In this document: positions 1-8,157 of the stretch, piece after piece
Layout: each line of letters opens with the position of its first letter
How positions within the stretch are numbered: the stretch's first letter is position 1
Virus genome (UHGV): UHGV-0096816
Strand: one strand, 5' to 3'
DNA length: 18,606 nucleotides
From: a virus
Translations under genes and position numbers: made by a program
The notes under the pieces: generated by a model
Told to the model about the DNA's origin: nothing
What the model saw: only the letters and a program-made list of their open reading frames with translations
Database searches by the model: none

Positions 1-34
1 GATACTCAGGGTCAAACTTTTATCAACCATATAA

Positions 35-1582
35 ATGAGTGGGATAAAGATGAGATTTAAGGTGCTGCCTGCGGGAAGTATGTGCTCTGTTGAACAATCT
101 AACTGTGCCTATTTAATTACTGATAATTGGGATGACTGGTTTGAATTTTCTACAATGTATACATTGGTTTATATAGATTCAAATAAGGATAAGAATATTA
201 TTGGTTCTACTAAAATTGGCCAATTGAATATGGCGAAAGGTCAAAGTAGACCAAGTATCCCTGAAGCTTTCGAAAAACTAGATGAGAGTTTTTTCTCCGT
301 TGGTCAAGATGATAGTTTTTACGAAGTGTTGAATGAACTAGGAGAAGATATCCGAAATGAAATATTATCATCGCTTAATGATATTGCTCTGAGTGAAGAT
401 ATATATAATAAAGCAATAAATGAGAGGGTCACTAGCATATCTCTTCTGAGATCCGTCAGCCATACATCTATTAAGGGACAGTTTCGTCGACTTGCGAACG
501 GAGGTGCTCGACTTTCAAAATATTCATTTTCATATAACTCACCAGTGATGAAAGGCACTGACTCTGACCGTATTAAGTTAAGTTTTGAAGTGATACCAGA
601 GAGCAATCCCCCAACAAATATTCATGTGCTAATTGGTCGGAATGGTGTTGGGAAAACGCATTTAATGAATAATATGATTAGTTCATTAATTGACGAAAAT
701 ACAACGCCAACAAAAGTCGGTGAATTTTCATCTAAAGATCAACTAGCTGGTGAGCTTTTCTCTAACGTAGTATCAGTCACTTTTAGCGCTTTTGATGAAA
801 CAGAACCTTTATCAGAAAAAAAAGATAAATCTACAGGTATACAGTTTTCATATGTGGGACTAAAAAGAGTAAAAAAAGGTGATGAGAAAAGTCTCCCGCC
901 CAAAAGCCCTGTTATATTGAAAAATGAATTCGTGAAAAGTATGCTTTCTTGTAAGGCAGGAGGGAAAATTGAACGTTGGAAAAGGGCTGTGGATAAGCTG
1001 GAGTCAGATCCAGTATTTGCTGACATTAATGTAGCATCAATATTGAATAGACAAGATGAAGATGAGTTTAAAGATATTGCAGGAAGAGTATTCAAAAATT
1101 TAAGTTCCGGGCACAAAATTGTATTGCTAACTATCACTAGACTTGTCGAGACAATGGAAGAAAGAAGCTTGGTTTTTTTAGATGAACCAGAAGCTCATCT
1201 CCATCCACCATTATTATCAGCTTTTGTAAGGTCTCTTTCTGATTTATTAATTAATAGGAATGCAGTATCTATAATAGCTACCCACTCTCCTGTAGTTCTC
1301 CAGGAAGTTCCTCGAAGCTGTACGTGGAAGTTGTGGCGTAGTGGCTACTTGTCTAAAGTAGAAAGGCTAGAAACAGAATCTTTCGGTGAAAATGTGGGTA
1401 TACTAACGAGGGAGGTATTTGGATTGGAAAATACCGACTCTGGATTCCATAATCTTCTTGACGATGCTGTAAATAAATTCGAAGATTACGATTCAGCTGT
1501 GCAAAATTTCAATGGGCAACTTGGAATTGAAGCTAGAGGTATTTTGCGGGCTTTGTTTTTAATTAAGAGAAACCAATCATGA
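35..1582 (+). CDS. ABC-type (SMC/RecF-like) ATPase with N-terminal extension; candidate defence ATPase (PtuA-like partner of the downstream HNH nuclease)
   Basis: 515-aa ORF. Walker A GRNGVGKT at about residue 201, signature-like LSSGHK at about 357, Walker B/D-loop LVFLDEPEAHLHP at about 379, H-loop-like IATHSP at about 414. About 190 aa of unassigned sequence precede Walker A. Stop overlaps the next start (ATGA). AT-rich. An alternative start at ATG 50 (MRFKV) is possible. Confidence 0.6.
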   Translation: MSGIKMRFKVLPAGSMCSVEQSNCAYLITDNWDDWFEFSTMYTLVYIDSNKDKNIIGSTKIGQLNMAKGQSRPSIPEAFEKLDESFFSVGQDDSFYEVLNELGEDIRNEILSSLNDIALSEDIYNKAINERVTSISLLRSVSHTSIKGQFRRLANGGARLSKYSFSYNSPVMKGTDSDRIKLSFEVIPESNPPTNIHVLIGRNGVGKTHLMNNMISSLIDENTTPTKVGEFSSKDQLAGELFSNVVSVTFSAFDETEPLSEKKDKSTGIQFSYVGLKRVKKGDEKSLPPKSPVILKNEFVKSMLSCKAGGKIERWKRAVDKLESDPVFADINVASILNRQDEDEFKDIAGRVFKNLSSGHKIVLLTITRLVETMEERSLVFLDEPEAHLHPPLLSAFVRSLSDLLINRNAVSIIATHSPVVLQEVPRSCTWKLWRSGYLSKVERLETESFGENVGILTREVFGLENTDSGFHNLLDDAVNKFEDYDSAVQNFNGQLGIEARGILRALFLIKRNQS

Positions 1583-2418
1583 AAAAACTCTTAAAACCGA
1601 ATGATAGTGCGTTGGATGTATTTAATGCATGCATTGATCGAGTTCGCGATGAAGATTTAAAGAGGAGGCTTATAGCATGTTCTCAAGAAATAGAAGATTC
1701 CTCAATAGAATTTGATGCAAAAGTATCAATTGCACAATTACATACAATTTTGCCTAAAGACAATGTTGCCACTGTTGTTACAGTTGACGAAATGAAGGTT
1801 GTCTATACAAGCAGAATGGCTAAGAAATTAGCCCCAGGGCGTATCTATTATGACAAGTTAATGTCACTTCCAGATCATGGAAGATGCCCACTATGTTCTC
1901 AAAGAGTAGTATCGACATTAGATCATCACTTACCTAAAGCACATTTTCCATCATTGGCTGTATCGCCTTTTAATCTTATACCAGCCTGTCAGGATTGTAA
2001 TAAAACAAAGAGCGAAGATATCCCAATTTGCTCAGAAGAAGAAACTTTGCACCCATATTACGATGATGTAGAAGCATTTGTTTGGGTTAAGGCAAAAATA
2101 CGGGAATCTATTCCTGTAGCGATAGAGTTTTATGTAGAGCCACCTGAAGATTGCCCCCCACTTTTAGCTAAACGTATGAAGTATCACTTTAAGGCATTTA
2201 AGTTGTCTGCTCTTTATGCATCACATGCAGCTGAAGAACTAGCGAGCATTGAATATATCGCAAAGAGAATTTACGATGGGGGGGGGAGTATCGAGTTAAA
2301 AAAATACTTGACTGAAACCGCAGCTGGAAAAAAATCGGTAAGCTTAAATTCTTGGCAATCCGCACTCTATAGTTGTCTCTCGGAAAATAACTGGTTTTGT
2401 GAGGTTAGATTTAGATAG
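1579..2418 (+). CDS. HNH-family endonuclease (PtuB-like), translationally coupled to the upstream ATPase
   Basis: 279-aa ORF with an HNH-type motif: CPLC ... DHHLPKAHFP ... NLIPACQDCNKTK (C-x2-C, D-H, N, C-x2-C). 4-nt ATGA overlap with the upstream ATPase. Confidence 0.65.
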   Translation: MKKLLKPNDSALDVFNACIDRVRDEDLKRRLIACSQEIEDSSIEFDAKVSIAQLHTILPKDNVATVVTVDEMKVVYTSRMAKKLAPGRIYYDKLMSLPDHGRCPLCSQRVVSTLDHHLPKAHFPSLAVSPFNLIPACQDCNKTKSEDIPICSEEETLHPYYDDVEAFVWVKAKIRESIPVAIEFYVEPPEDCPPLLAKRMKYHFKAFKLSALYASHAAEELASIEYIAKRIYDGGGSIELKKYLTETAAGKKSVSLNSWQSALYSCLSENNWFCEVRFR

Positions 2419-2423
2419 TAATA

Positions 2424-2475
2424 AAGACATTCAGCCAATATCGGGGAAAAGTCATTGGATGTCTTACTAATTTTC
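2424..2475 (+). terminator. possible weak intrinsic terminator after the ATPase-HNH operon
   Basis: Imperfect hairpin (aagacat/atgtctt 7 bp plus ccaat/attgg 5 bp, 14-nt loop) just after the HNH stop codon, followed by actaattttc. Confidence 0.3.
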
Positions 2476-2707
2476 TAGCTGTGACTGTGCCAAGTCAGTT
2501 TTTCGTTCACTGCGGACATTCAACCCATTTTGAAAGTCAATTTTGTGACGCTAACATTCCTAACAGTAGTCTTGCTGGCAATCTGATATAATCTGAGGTT
2601 TCGTTGGGATATATTTATTAAACACACTACGACTCACAGATTTCATCTATAGTCGGCATAATTAAAATAGCAATCTTAAAAAGTGCAGAAACAAGTCGCT
2701 TTTAACA

Positions 2708-3205
2708 TTAATGGTCAAGCCATAAATTATCTCTATTGAGTAGACTAATCTTTGTTGCATTTTTTGATGCTAGAGTTACACATTCTCCTTTATCAAACTC
2801 ATCCAAACTAACAAATACAAATTTCTTGCCATCTTTTTCTTTTGGAAATACCATGAAAATCACTTCGAACGTAAGTTCGCTATTTTTATTAATTAAAAAT
2901 TGCTTGAGTGCGCGATACTTACCTATTTCACACTCTGTGAGTGTAAAGGAGGTGCAGTTCTCTGTTGAATGATACTTTGCATCCAGAAGAATAAAGGTGT
3001 TACTATCAACTTTAATAATAAAATCGGGGCGTTTTCCCCCATATATTTTTAAACTTTTAGATAGGTCTGTTTTTCCTTGTTCGACATATACAAACTCCCA
3101 TTGGGAGTTTTCTAACCATTTAAGAGCATACTCTTCACCATCCTCGCCTGCGGATGTAGGACATTGTTTCCTTAGCTTTCTGCGAATTTCGTCTAAATGT
3201 GGCAT
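2708..3205 (-). CDS. hypothetical protein with PD-(D/E)xK-like nuclease motif
   Basis: 165-aa ORF. Motif arrangement E (GEEYA) ... RPDFII ... LLDAKY resembles the restriction-endonuclease-like fold signature. Upstream on the minus strand AAAGGGAATATAATTT precedes the ATG (RBS-like plus a TATAAT). AT-rich. Confidence 0.45.
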   Translation of the reverse strand: MPHLDEIRRKLRKQCPTSAGEDGEEYALKWLENSQWEFVYVEQGKTDLSKSLKIYGGKRPDFIIKVDSNTFILLDAKYHSTENCTSFTLTECEIGKYRALKQFLINKNSELTFEVIFMVFPKEKDGKKFVFVSLDEFDKGECVTLASKNATKISLLNRDNLWLDH

Positions 3206-3410
3206 AAATTATATTCCCTTTCATATGGTATATCATTATTATCGACATTATTTGATGATTCTTTAGCAAAATTTCAAAAGATTGGTCTAATATATATTCA
3301 GGCATTGCAGTTCACCATATTAGAAAACTCTGTTCCTGGCTCAAAGCGGACTGTTTGGTTCTTTTCCATAATGTTAAGAAAATCAAGATGGCGTTGAAAC
3401 GCTTAAATTT

Positions 3411-4538
3411 TTACAATGCTACTTTGCTCCAACCTTTCCCTCGGTCATCATGGTAACGATCGGTTTGCTGCTGGGTTTTATGGCCCAGTAACTTTCTGGT
3501 ATCAATCCCTTGTTCTTTGTAAAGACGCTCAGATAAAGATCTTTGTTCATGAAAAGTTGCTGGAGTTCCAGTACCCCAATCAATTTCTGCCAGATCACGT
3601 GCCTTGCTAAAGTTCATCGTTAGTGTATTAGCTTTTACCTGTGCGCCACGTTCAGCCTGTGATGTAGTACGGAAAAAATGCACTAAGTATGGGCTGACTG
3701 CGTAGTCACGGCAGCGAGCTACTACATCACGTAAACACCAGTTGATAGCATTCAAACGTAAAGAAAGAGGGATAGCGATTTTGCTCCCGGTCTTTTCCTG
3801 AATGACGTGAAGATGATCCTCCCAAATATCACTAAATTTCATTTTGGATATATCTCCTAAACGCTGCCCAGTGACCAAAGCTAGGAGCATGGCATTTCCC
3901 ATATAACGATGAGCGGCGTCTGCGATATCGAATATTTTTTTCCATTCTTCTAGGCTGAGGCGTTGACGGCTAATTTTCCTTCTGGGTTGCTTCGTTGCAA
4001 GAGCAGGGTTATACCCTGGTGGAACTTCGCCGTAATGCTGTGCTTCCTTAAACACATCGATCAATACAGACCTTACGACCTGGGCCATTCTAGGCTGTCC
4101 AGCAGAGATATACTCATCAAGTAATTGTGCTATATCTCTGACATCAACGGCTGATATCAACTTCAGTCCTGCTCGTTCCCTGAGCAAGGATACTGGTTTG
4201 GCTTTCTGTTTATAGGTGTTGAGCTTTATATCGCCACTTTTCAGTCTGTCTTCCTGGATTGCTTGATAGCGATCTAACCAGGTTGACGTTGTGATTGCTT
4301 TTCCTTTGCTGGTTGCGATCCTGTCACTGATAGCCAGAATCTGCCGGGTTCTTTGCTCAGCCAGGCGTGAATTTGCCTCAGTGGCAATAGCAATGGCTTC
4401 AGCTTCGTTTGTGCCTAAAGAATGAAACTTCCCGGTCACTGGATGTTTATATCGCCAATAGACTTTATTTACTTTTCTACTATAAAGCGGATACAAGTTC
4501 GGGACTGAAACATTATTTTTACGTGGTCTGGCTGCCAT
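3411..4538 (-). CDS. int: phage tyrosine integrase (lambda Int family)
   Basis: 375-aa ORF. N-terminus (PNLY..., TGK.. LG) and C-terminus LLGHKTQQQTDRYHDDRGKGWSKV parallel lambda Int (LLGHKSDTMASQYRDDRGREW), including the catalytic-Tyr region. 5' end overlaps the xis 3' end as in lambda. Confidence 0.9.
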   Translation of the reverse strand: MAARPRKNNVSVPNLYPLYSRKVNKVYWRYKHPVTGKFHSLGTNEAEAIAIATEANSRLAEQRTRQILAISDRIATSKGKAITTSTWLDRYQAIQEDRLKSGDIKLNTYKQKAKPVSLLRERAGLKLISAVDVRDIAQLLDEYISAGQPRMAQVVRSVLIDVFKEAQHYGEVPPGYNPALATKQPRRKISRQRLSLEEWKKIFDIADAAHRYMGNAMLLALVTGQRLGDISKMKFSDIWEDHLHVIQEKTGSKIAIPLSLRLNAINWCLRDVVARCRDYAVSPYLVHFFRTTSQAERGAQVKANTLTMNFSKARDLAEIDWGTGTPATFHEQRSLSERLYKEQGIDTRKLLGHKTQQQTDRYHDDRGKGWSKVAL

Positions 4539-4764
4539 TACTTAAAATCCTTTGTAGAATAATAGAATCATTTTTCTTGATGACAGGAGTAACTAATTCC
4601 CCAACTAACTCTGCGTCCTCACGCACTCGCCATAGTCGACCTTGTTTCATTGCCGGTGGACAAAATAAATTCTGCTTAGCATAACGACGCAATGTGGACA
4701 CGCTTGGAGGATTACTTCTGTATTTTTCCGCAGCCCATTCCTCAAGTGTCAGCATTTGAAGCAT
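4519..4764 (-). CDS. xis: excisionase (lambda Xis-like)
   Basis: MLQMLTLEEWAAEKYRSNPPSVSTLRRYAKQNLFCPPAMKQGRLW resembles lambda Xis (MYLTLQEWNARQRRPRSLETVRRWVRECRIFPPPVKDGREY). Start chosen at the ATG preceded by GAGG with 9-nt spacing; the ORF track begins 5 codons upstream. Confidence 0.75.
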   Translation of the reverse strand: MLQMLTLEEWAAEKYRSNPPSVSTLRRYAKQNLFCPPAMKQGRLWRVREDAELVGELVTPVIKKNDSIILQRILSNGSQTT

Positions 4765-4807
4765 TTTTGATAACCTCATTTCTTTTGCTACAAAACTATT
4801 TCACTAG

Positions 4808-5356
4808 TTAATTTCGCTGTCTGGATTGTTTATGCATCTTATGCAGCTCTTTAAAGCGTTCCATAAACATCCCGTAGGCATGGCCCGGTGCCAGTGGAAT
4901 CACGTTGAACATCTCTGTTGCCGGGATGCCTTCCAGTACAGGCCAGAAAGAGCCATCATCAAGCCCGAGATCGCGGCGTTCGGTTGCCAGCATGATGAGA
5001 TCGGCATATTTCACGGGCGTACTCATAACCGGGGGTAACCCGTATTTCTCACGGATTACGGCGTCTATTTTTTCTTCCATCTGTTTATAGTCAGGAAGAA
5101 GGCGTTTCAGTGGAGCGGGGATGTCCTGGCAATACACTTCTGTTGCATCATGCATTAACGCTTCAAAAGCAAATTCCTGCGGTACCAGTTGGCTGCAAAG
5201 AACCGCATGTTGGGCGACGCTGTAGAAGTGTGAAAGATGTCCTGCAAAGCGACAGATATTTGAAAGGGAAAACGCGATATCGTTAATAACGATATCGTCT
5301 TTATTTATCCTGTCATAATAAAAATGCTTCCCAGAAAAAGTTTTAATAAATGACAT
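4808..5356 (-). CDS. HD-domain phosphohydrolase (YfdR-like putative 5'-deoxynucleotidase)
   Basis: H...HD metal-binding motifs (HLSHFYSVAQHAVL; ALMHDATEVY). Start set at MSFIKT, preceded by GGAGAACAAA. The length (182 aa) is close to E. coli CPS-53 YfdR as I recall it; the family resemblance is from memory and was not searched. Confidence 0.7.
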   Translation of the reverse strand: MSFIKTFSGKHFYYDRINKDDIVINDIAFSLSNICRFAGHLSHFYSVAQHAVLCSQLVPQEFAFEALMHDATEVYCQDIPAPLKRLLPDYKQMEEKIDAVIREKYGLPPVMSTPVKYADLIMLATERRDLGLDDGSFWPVLEGIPATEMFNVIPLAPGHAYGMFMERFKELHKMHKQSRQRN

Positions 5357-5484
5357 TTTGTTCTCCACGTTATTTGCGCTGCACCGCACTGAATTCTGGT
5401 AAAAGGAAGCCCTCACCATCCGGCGATTATTGAGTTAATTACGTTTCCATAAATGCCCCCGCAGGGGCATTTGCAGTAATCAAA

Positions 5485-6309
5485 TCAGGCGGTGAAAGTA
5501 CCAATAAAGGTTTCTACTTTGCTGTCTTTGAATTTCTCAACAAGCAGATCGCGAAATTCGTTAGCCATTTCTTCCTGCACCGCCTCCAGCTGAATAATGC
5601 GCAGAACAAGTACAGGACGATCGCCAGTGATAATGCTGAGGCGTAATTTAAAAGAACGTTCTTTCAGACCTTCAAACGGAACGCATTTAAATTCAAATGC
5701 CACTGGCATAATGTCTTTGGTCTTCGCTTCGACAGACTCCATCAGGGAGCGTTTGCCGCTGAAGTCATTGTCTTCAAAATCAGCAGTCTGGTTCGCTTCA
5801 ATTGTGATTTTACGGATCGCCGCAGCCGCTTTGGTTGCCTGAATGGCGTCACCATTAGCATCAAAGCCCACAAGGTTGTCGGCCCAGTCTTCAATCCATT
5901 CTGCCAGTGATTTCTGGGAGTTACGCTCGCCGTGAACAGACAACAGAGCAGAGAACGGTGCTGTCTTTTTCAGTTTGAGAGTGGCGGTGTTATCTGCGTG
6001 GCCTGGTTCATCAATAGTACCCAGGTTAAGCACACTGACGGCACGCATATTATCAGCATCGATAAAGCAGCGGGTGCCTTCATCTGCAAGATCTTTAGAA
6101 TAACGGGTAAAGTCATCAATGCTGGCAGTGGAAAGCGCACCACGGAAACGGAAGCGATTTAAATTAAATTTTTCCAGGTCATGAATGCGGAAATTCTCAG
6201 GCAATGCCACAGCATCGGCACCAATCTTACTGATAATTTCATTAACACCCTGAGCAGAAATAAGGGCATGGATTTGATTAATTGCGGTTGCGTCTAAGTT
6301 CTGAGACAT
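5485..6309 (-). CDS. conserved prophage protein of unknown function (YfdQ-like by size and position)
   Basis: 274-aa ORF with a GAGGA RBS 8 nt upstream of the ATG; same strand and operon as the flanking genes. No catalytic motif recognised. Confidence 0.6.
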   Translation of the reverse strand: MSQNLDATAINQIHALISAQGVNEIISKIGADAVALPENFRIHDLEKFNLNRFRFRGALSTASIDDFTRYSKDLADEGTRCFIDADNMRAVSVLNLGTIDEPGHADNTATLKLKKTAPFSALLSVHGERNSQKSLAEWIEDWADNLVGFDANGDAIQATKAAAAIRKITIEANQTADFEDNDFSGKRSLMESVEAKTKDIMPVAFEFKCVPFEGLKERSFKLRLSIITGDRPVLVLRIIQLEAVQEEMANEFRDLLVEKFKDSKVETFIGTFTA

Positions 6310-6374
6310 AATAAGTCCTCACTATATAAAGATATTCAGTGATGAGATAAATAATCAGTTAATTAAAAACGATA

Positions 6375-6737
6375 TTAACGACCTGCTGCGCGGAGTTTTC
6401 CGTCAGGTTCACCGGCAAGAGTCAGTAACTGTCCCTGGTCTTCCTGCAGAATAGTCAGGCGACCACCGCGATTGACATACATCGGCGTTTCGGTGGTGTC
6501 TTCTTCGGAAATTTTCCCGCGGTTAGTCGGGCGAACATATGAGAGTTTGTGTTTGATTTTCACACGGTTCTCATCAAATGGTTCGATTTCCAGGTTGAGT
6601 GAGACCTTACCTTTGGTTTTCGTGTTCATCACACCGGAAGCGACTTCACTGAGAACTGCGCCGATTTTGGTTTCAAATACGCCGCCGTCCAGCTCCCCGA
6701 TAAATGCCTGCACATCAGTACTGCGTTCGCTAGCCAT
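6375..6737 (-). CDS. hypothetical early-left protein (120 aa; YfdP-like by size and position)
   Basis: Start set at MASERSTD, preceded by GAGGAG about 8 nt upstream. The longer ORF in the track (to 7055) runs into GC-rich structured non-coding DNA without an RBS. Confidence 0.6.
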   Translation of the reverse strand: MASERSTDVQAFIGELDGGVFETKIGAVLSEVASGVMNTKTKGKVSLNLEIEPFDENRVKIKHKLSYVRPTNRGKISEEDTTETPMYVNRGGRLTILQEDQGQLLTLAGEPDGKLRAAGR

Positions 6738-6786
6738 TTTGCTGCTCCTCATCATATCGACCCTGCAAGGCCGATTAGTTTCTCCA

Positions 6787-6873
6787 CAAAACAGAGAAGA
6801 ACACCTGCGGTGGCAGCCGCCCGGATGGATTGGGTTATGAGCCCGTCGTCCGGTGATGCTCTTCTCTGTTTTG
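6787..6873 (-). ncRNA. structured leader element upstream of the early-left operon (long-range stem enclosing GC hairpins); function unknown
   Basis: caaaacagagaaga (6787-6800) is a perfect inverted repeat of tcttctctgttttg (6860-6873), with inner hairpins gcgg/ccgc and ccgga/tccgg. It lies 50-130 nt upstream of the RBS of the 120-aa gene on the minus-strand transcript. Confidence 0.35.
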
Positions 6874-7138
6874 TAAAAAGGACGGTACCAGCCGGAAGCA
6901 AGGGTACAAACTGGTACCGCCAGGACTACACACAGCATAAAGTTGTAGTGCCGGGTGCCTCCCGGTGCCTGGCGAAGGTTGCACACCAGGCGGGTGGGTA
7001 TCCACAGAAGGTCGACTGTCAGCCTCAACCTTAACCCGCGTGCGCTGAGCCGCATTCACCACAACGCTAAGGATTCTCTCTGGTTGAAAATACTTAGCTG
7101 TTATGTGCCTGCTTTTAGCCACATCAGGCGAGGTGGAC

Positions 7139-7190
7139 CTGGTTATTCCCCAACAACAAGGATTCGGTTAATCTGGTTATCCCCAACAAC
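7139..7190. repeat. two direct repeats CTGGTTAT(T)CCCCAACAAC with 34-bp periodicity, immediately upstream of the 144-aa plus-strand gene
   Basis: Repeat 1 at 7139-7157, repeat 2 at 7173-7190 (one T deleted). The second ends 15 nt before the ATG at 7206. Confidence 0.6.
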
Positions 7191-7205
7191 GCAAAAGGAA
7201 AAGAA

Positions 7206-7640
7206 ATGTCCGGTAATATCTATACGCTGTACAAATCCCACTGTGAAAATGTTGGAAAGTATCGGGGCATTGAAATCAGTGGGGTAGTGTCATCAGTCGA
7301 AATAAGCAAAGTTGAATCAAGGGCAACATTACTTACTCTTCTGGACCTTGTCTTACATGAGCACCGGAAGAAATTCGGCACTCCCTATAATCAGTTGAAT
7401 GGGAAAAAGGCTCTGGTTCACCTTATTCTGATGAAGCATCACTGGATGCCAAAACAGATTAATGAGATGAAATTTGATGAACTTCTTCTTTCAATTCAGG
7501 ATGAACTCACACTTGATAAAATAAGCGTAACCGCCCAGAAATTTTTAGATTATCGAGACTGGAGATCACAAATTCATCACTTTGATGATTTTGACGAAAA
7601 TGAATGGGATCCTAATTTGTCTGCACAATATCTAAAGTAA
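7206..7640 (+). CDS. hypothetical protein (144 aa), opposite-strand moron-like gene inside the early-left region
   Basis: ORF with AAAGGAAAAGAA RBS-like stretch before the ATG; opposite in orientation to the surrounding leftward operon; AT-rich. No recognisable motif. Confidence 0.5.
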   Translation: MSGNIYTLYKSHCENVGKYRGIEISGVVSSVEISKVESRATLLTLLDLVLHEHRKKFGTPYNQLNGKKALVHLILMKHHWMPKQINEMKFDELLLSIQDELTLDKISVTAQKFLDYRDWRSQIHHFDDFDENEWDPNLSAQYLK

Positions 7641-7818
7641 CATCCTGTGATAAAACCGTGATTTCCTGATCCAGTTTTTTTAAGGAGTCTATTGTTTCCT
7701 GTCGATAAGACAGCACTTCACGAAGCTGGTTTATAGCTGCCAGCTTCTTTGTCATCCACTCATAAATTTCCTCATCTGTGTAGCCAGGCGCGACGATTTT
7801 GGGTTCTGTTTTGTGCAT
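7612..7818 (-). CDS. hypothetical small protein (68 aa), first ORF downstream of the OL-like operators
   Basis: Strong RBS GAGGAGG 6 nt upstream of ATG (MHKTEPK...). Its 3' end overlaps the 3' end of the convergent 144-aa gene by 29 nt. Not Arg-rich, so not an obvious N analogue. Confidence 0.4.
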   Translation of the reverse strand: MHKTEPKIVAPGYTDEEIYEWMTKKLAAINQLREVLSYRQETIDSLKKLDQEITVLSQDVTLDIVQTN

Positions 7819-7876
7819 TTCACACCTCCTCAAGTTATCAGTTACTTGTTGATGGGGACCAGATTGTTAAAGAGCT

Positions 7877-7905
7877 AAGCGTCCTGTAGGGCGCTTTTTT
7901 GTTGC
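7877..7905 (+). terminator. intrinsic terminator-like hairpin followed by a T6 tract
   Basis: Stem agcgtcc / ggcgct (7 bp, one G-U pair) with loop tgta, then TTTTTTG; oriented for plus-strand transcripts approaching the immunity region. Confidence 0.45.
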
Positions 7906-8066
7906 TAACGAATCATCCTGGACTTCATATGCCCCAGGCGGCTACTTCGTGGGCGTCCTGCCTGTTCGTTTTTGACATTTACTGACTGCTTACGACACAT
8001 GCACCGTGTTGCAACCAGATTTTGTTGTAATCCTGTAGTTGGTCTGGAATAAAAGATAAAATTAAA

Positions 8067-8103
8067 TTGCGAGATATGCAAGTGATATTTGCGAGATATG
8101 CAA
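8067..8103. promoter_or_regulatory. OL-like operator pair: two exact copies of TTGCGAGATATGCAA, 22 bp centre to centre
   Basis: Exact 15-mers at 8067-8081 and 8089-8103, just downstream of the repressor gene's 3' end. The same half-site pattern recurs in the cI-cro intergenic region. Confidence 0.6.
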
Positions 8104-8157
8104 ATTTATAGGTAATGAAAAGCCACCTTTCGGTGGCCGATGGATGGGATATTGAGG

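Noticed and set aside
319-1137. Minus-strand ORFs 319..606 and 739..1137 inside the ATPase gene
   Set aside because: Entirely nested antisense within a well-supported CDS with clear ATPase motifs; low-complexity translations; typical antisense artefacts.
2560-2595. Plus-strand promoter-like TTGCTG ... TATAAT in the intergenic region after the HNH gene
   Set aside because: Spacing between the hexamers is only about 11 bp and there is no downstream plus-strand gene; not reported as a feature.
6375-7122. Long ORF 6375..7055 (226 aa) and Arg-containing ORF 6835..7122 (95 aa) as possible N-like antiterminator or extended gene
   Set aside because: Both run through GC-rich hairpin-dense DNA and lack a ribosome-binding site. 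The 120-aa product starting at MASER has a strong GAGGAG RBS, so the upstream extension and the overlapping ORF are judged to be spurious.
7139-7640. Type III toxin-antitoxin (ToxIN/AbiQ-like): tandem repeats with about 34-nt periodicity directly upstream of a 144-aa protein
   Set aside because: Only two copies, and only about 19 of each 34 nt are conserved, whereas ToxI-like antitoxins have 2.5-5.5 near-identical full-length repeats and usually an intervening terminator. More likely protein-binding sites; kept as a repeat feature only.
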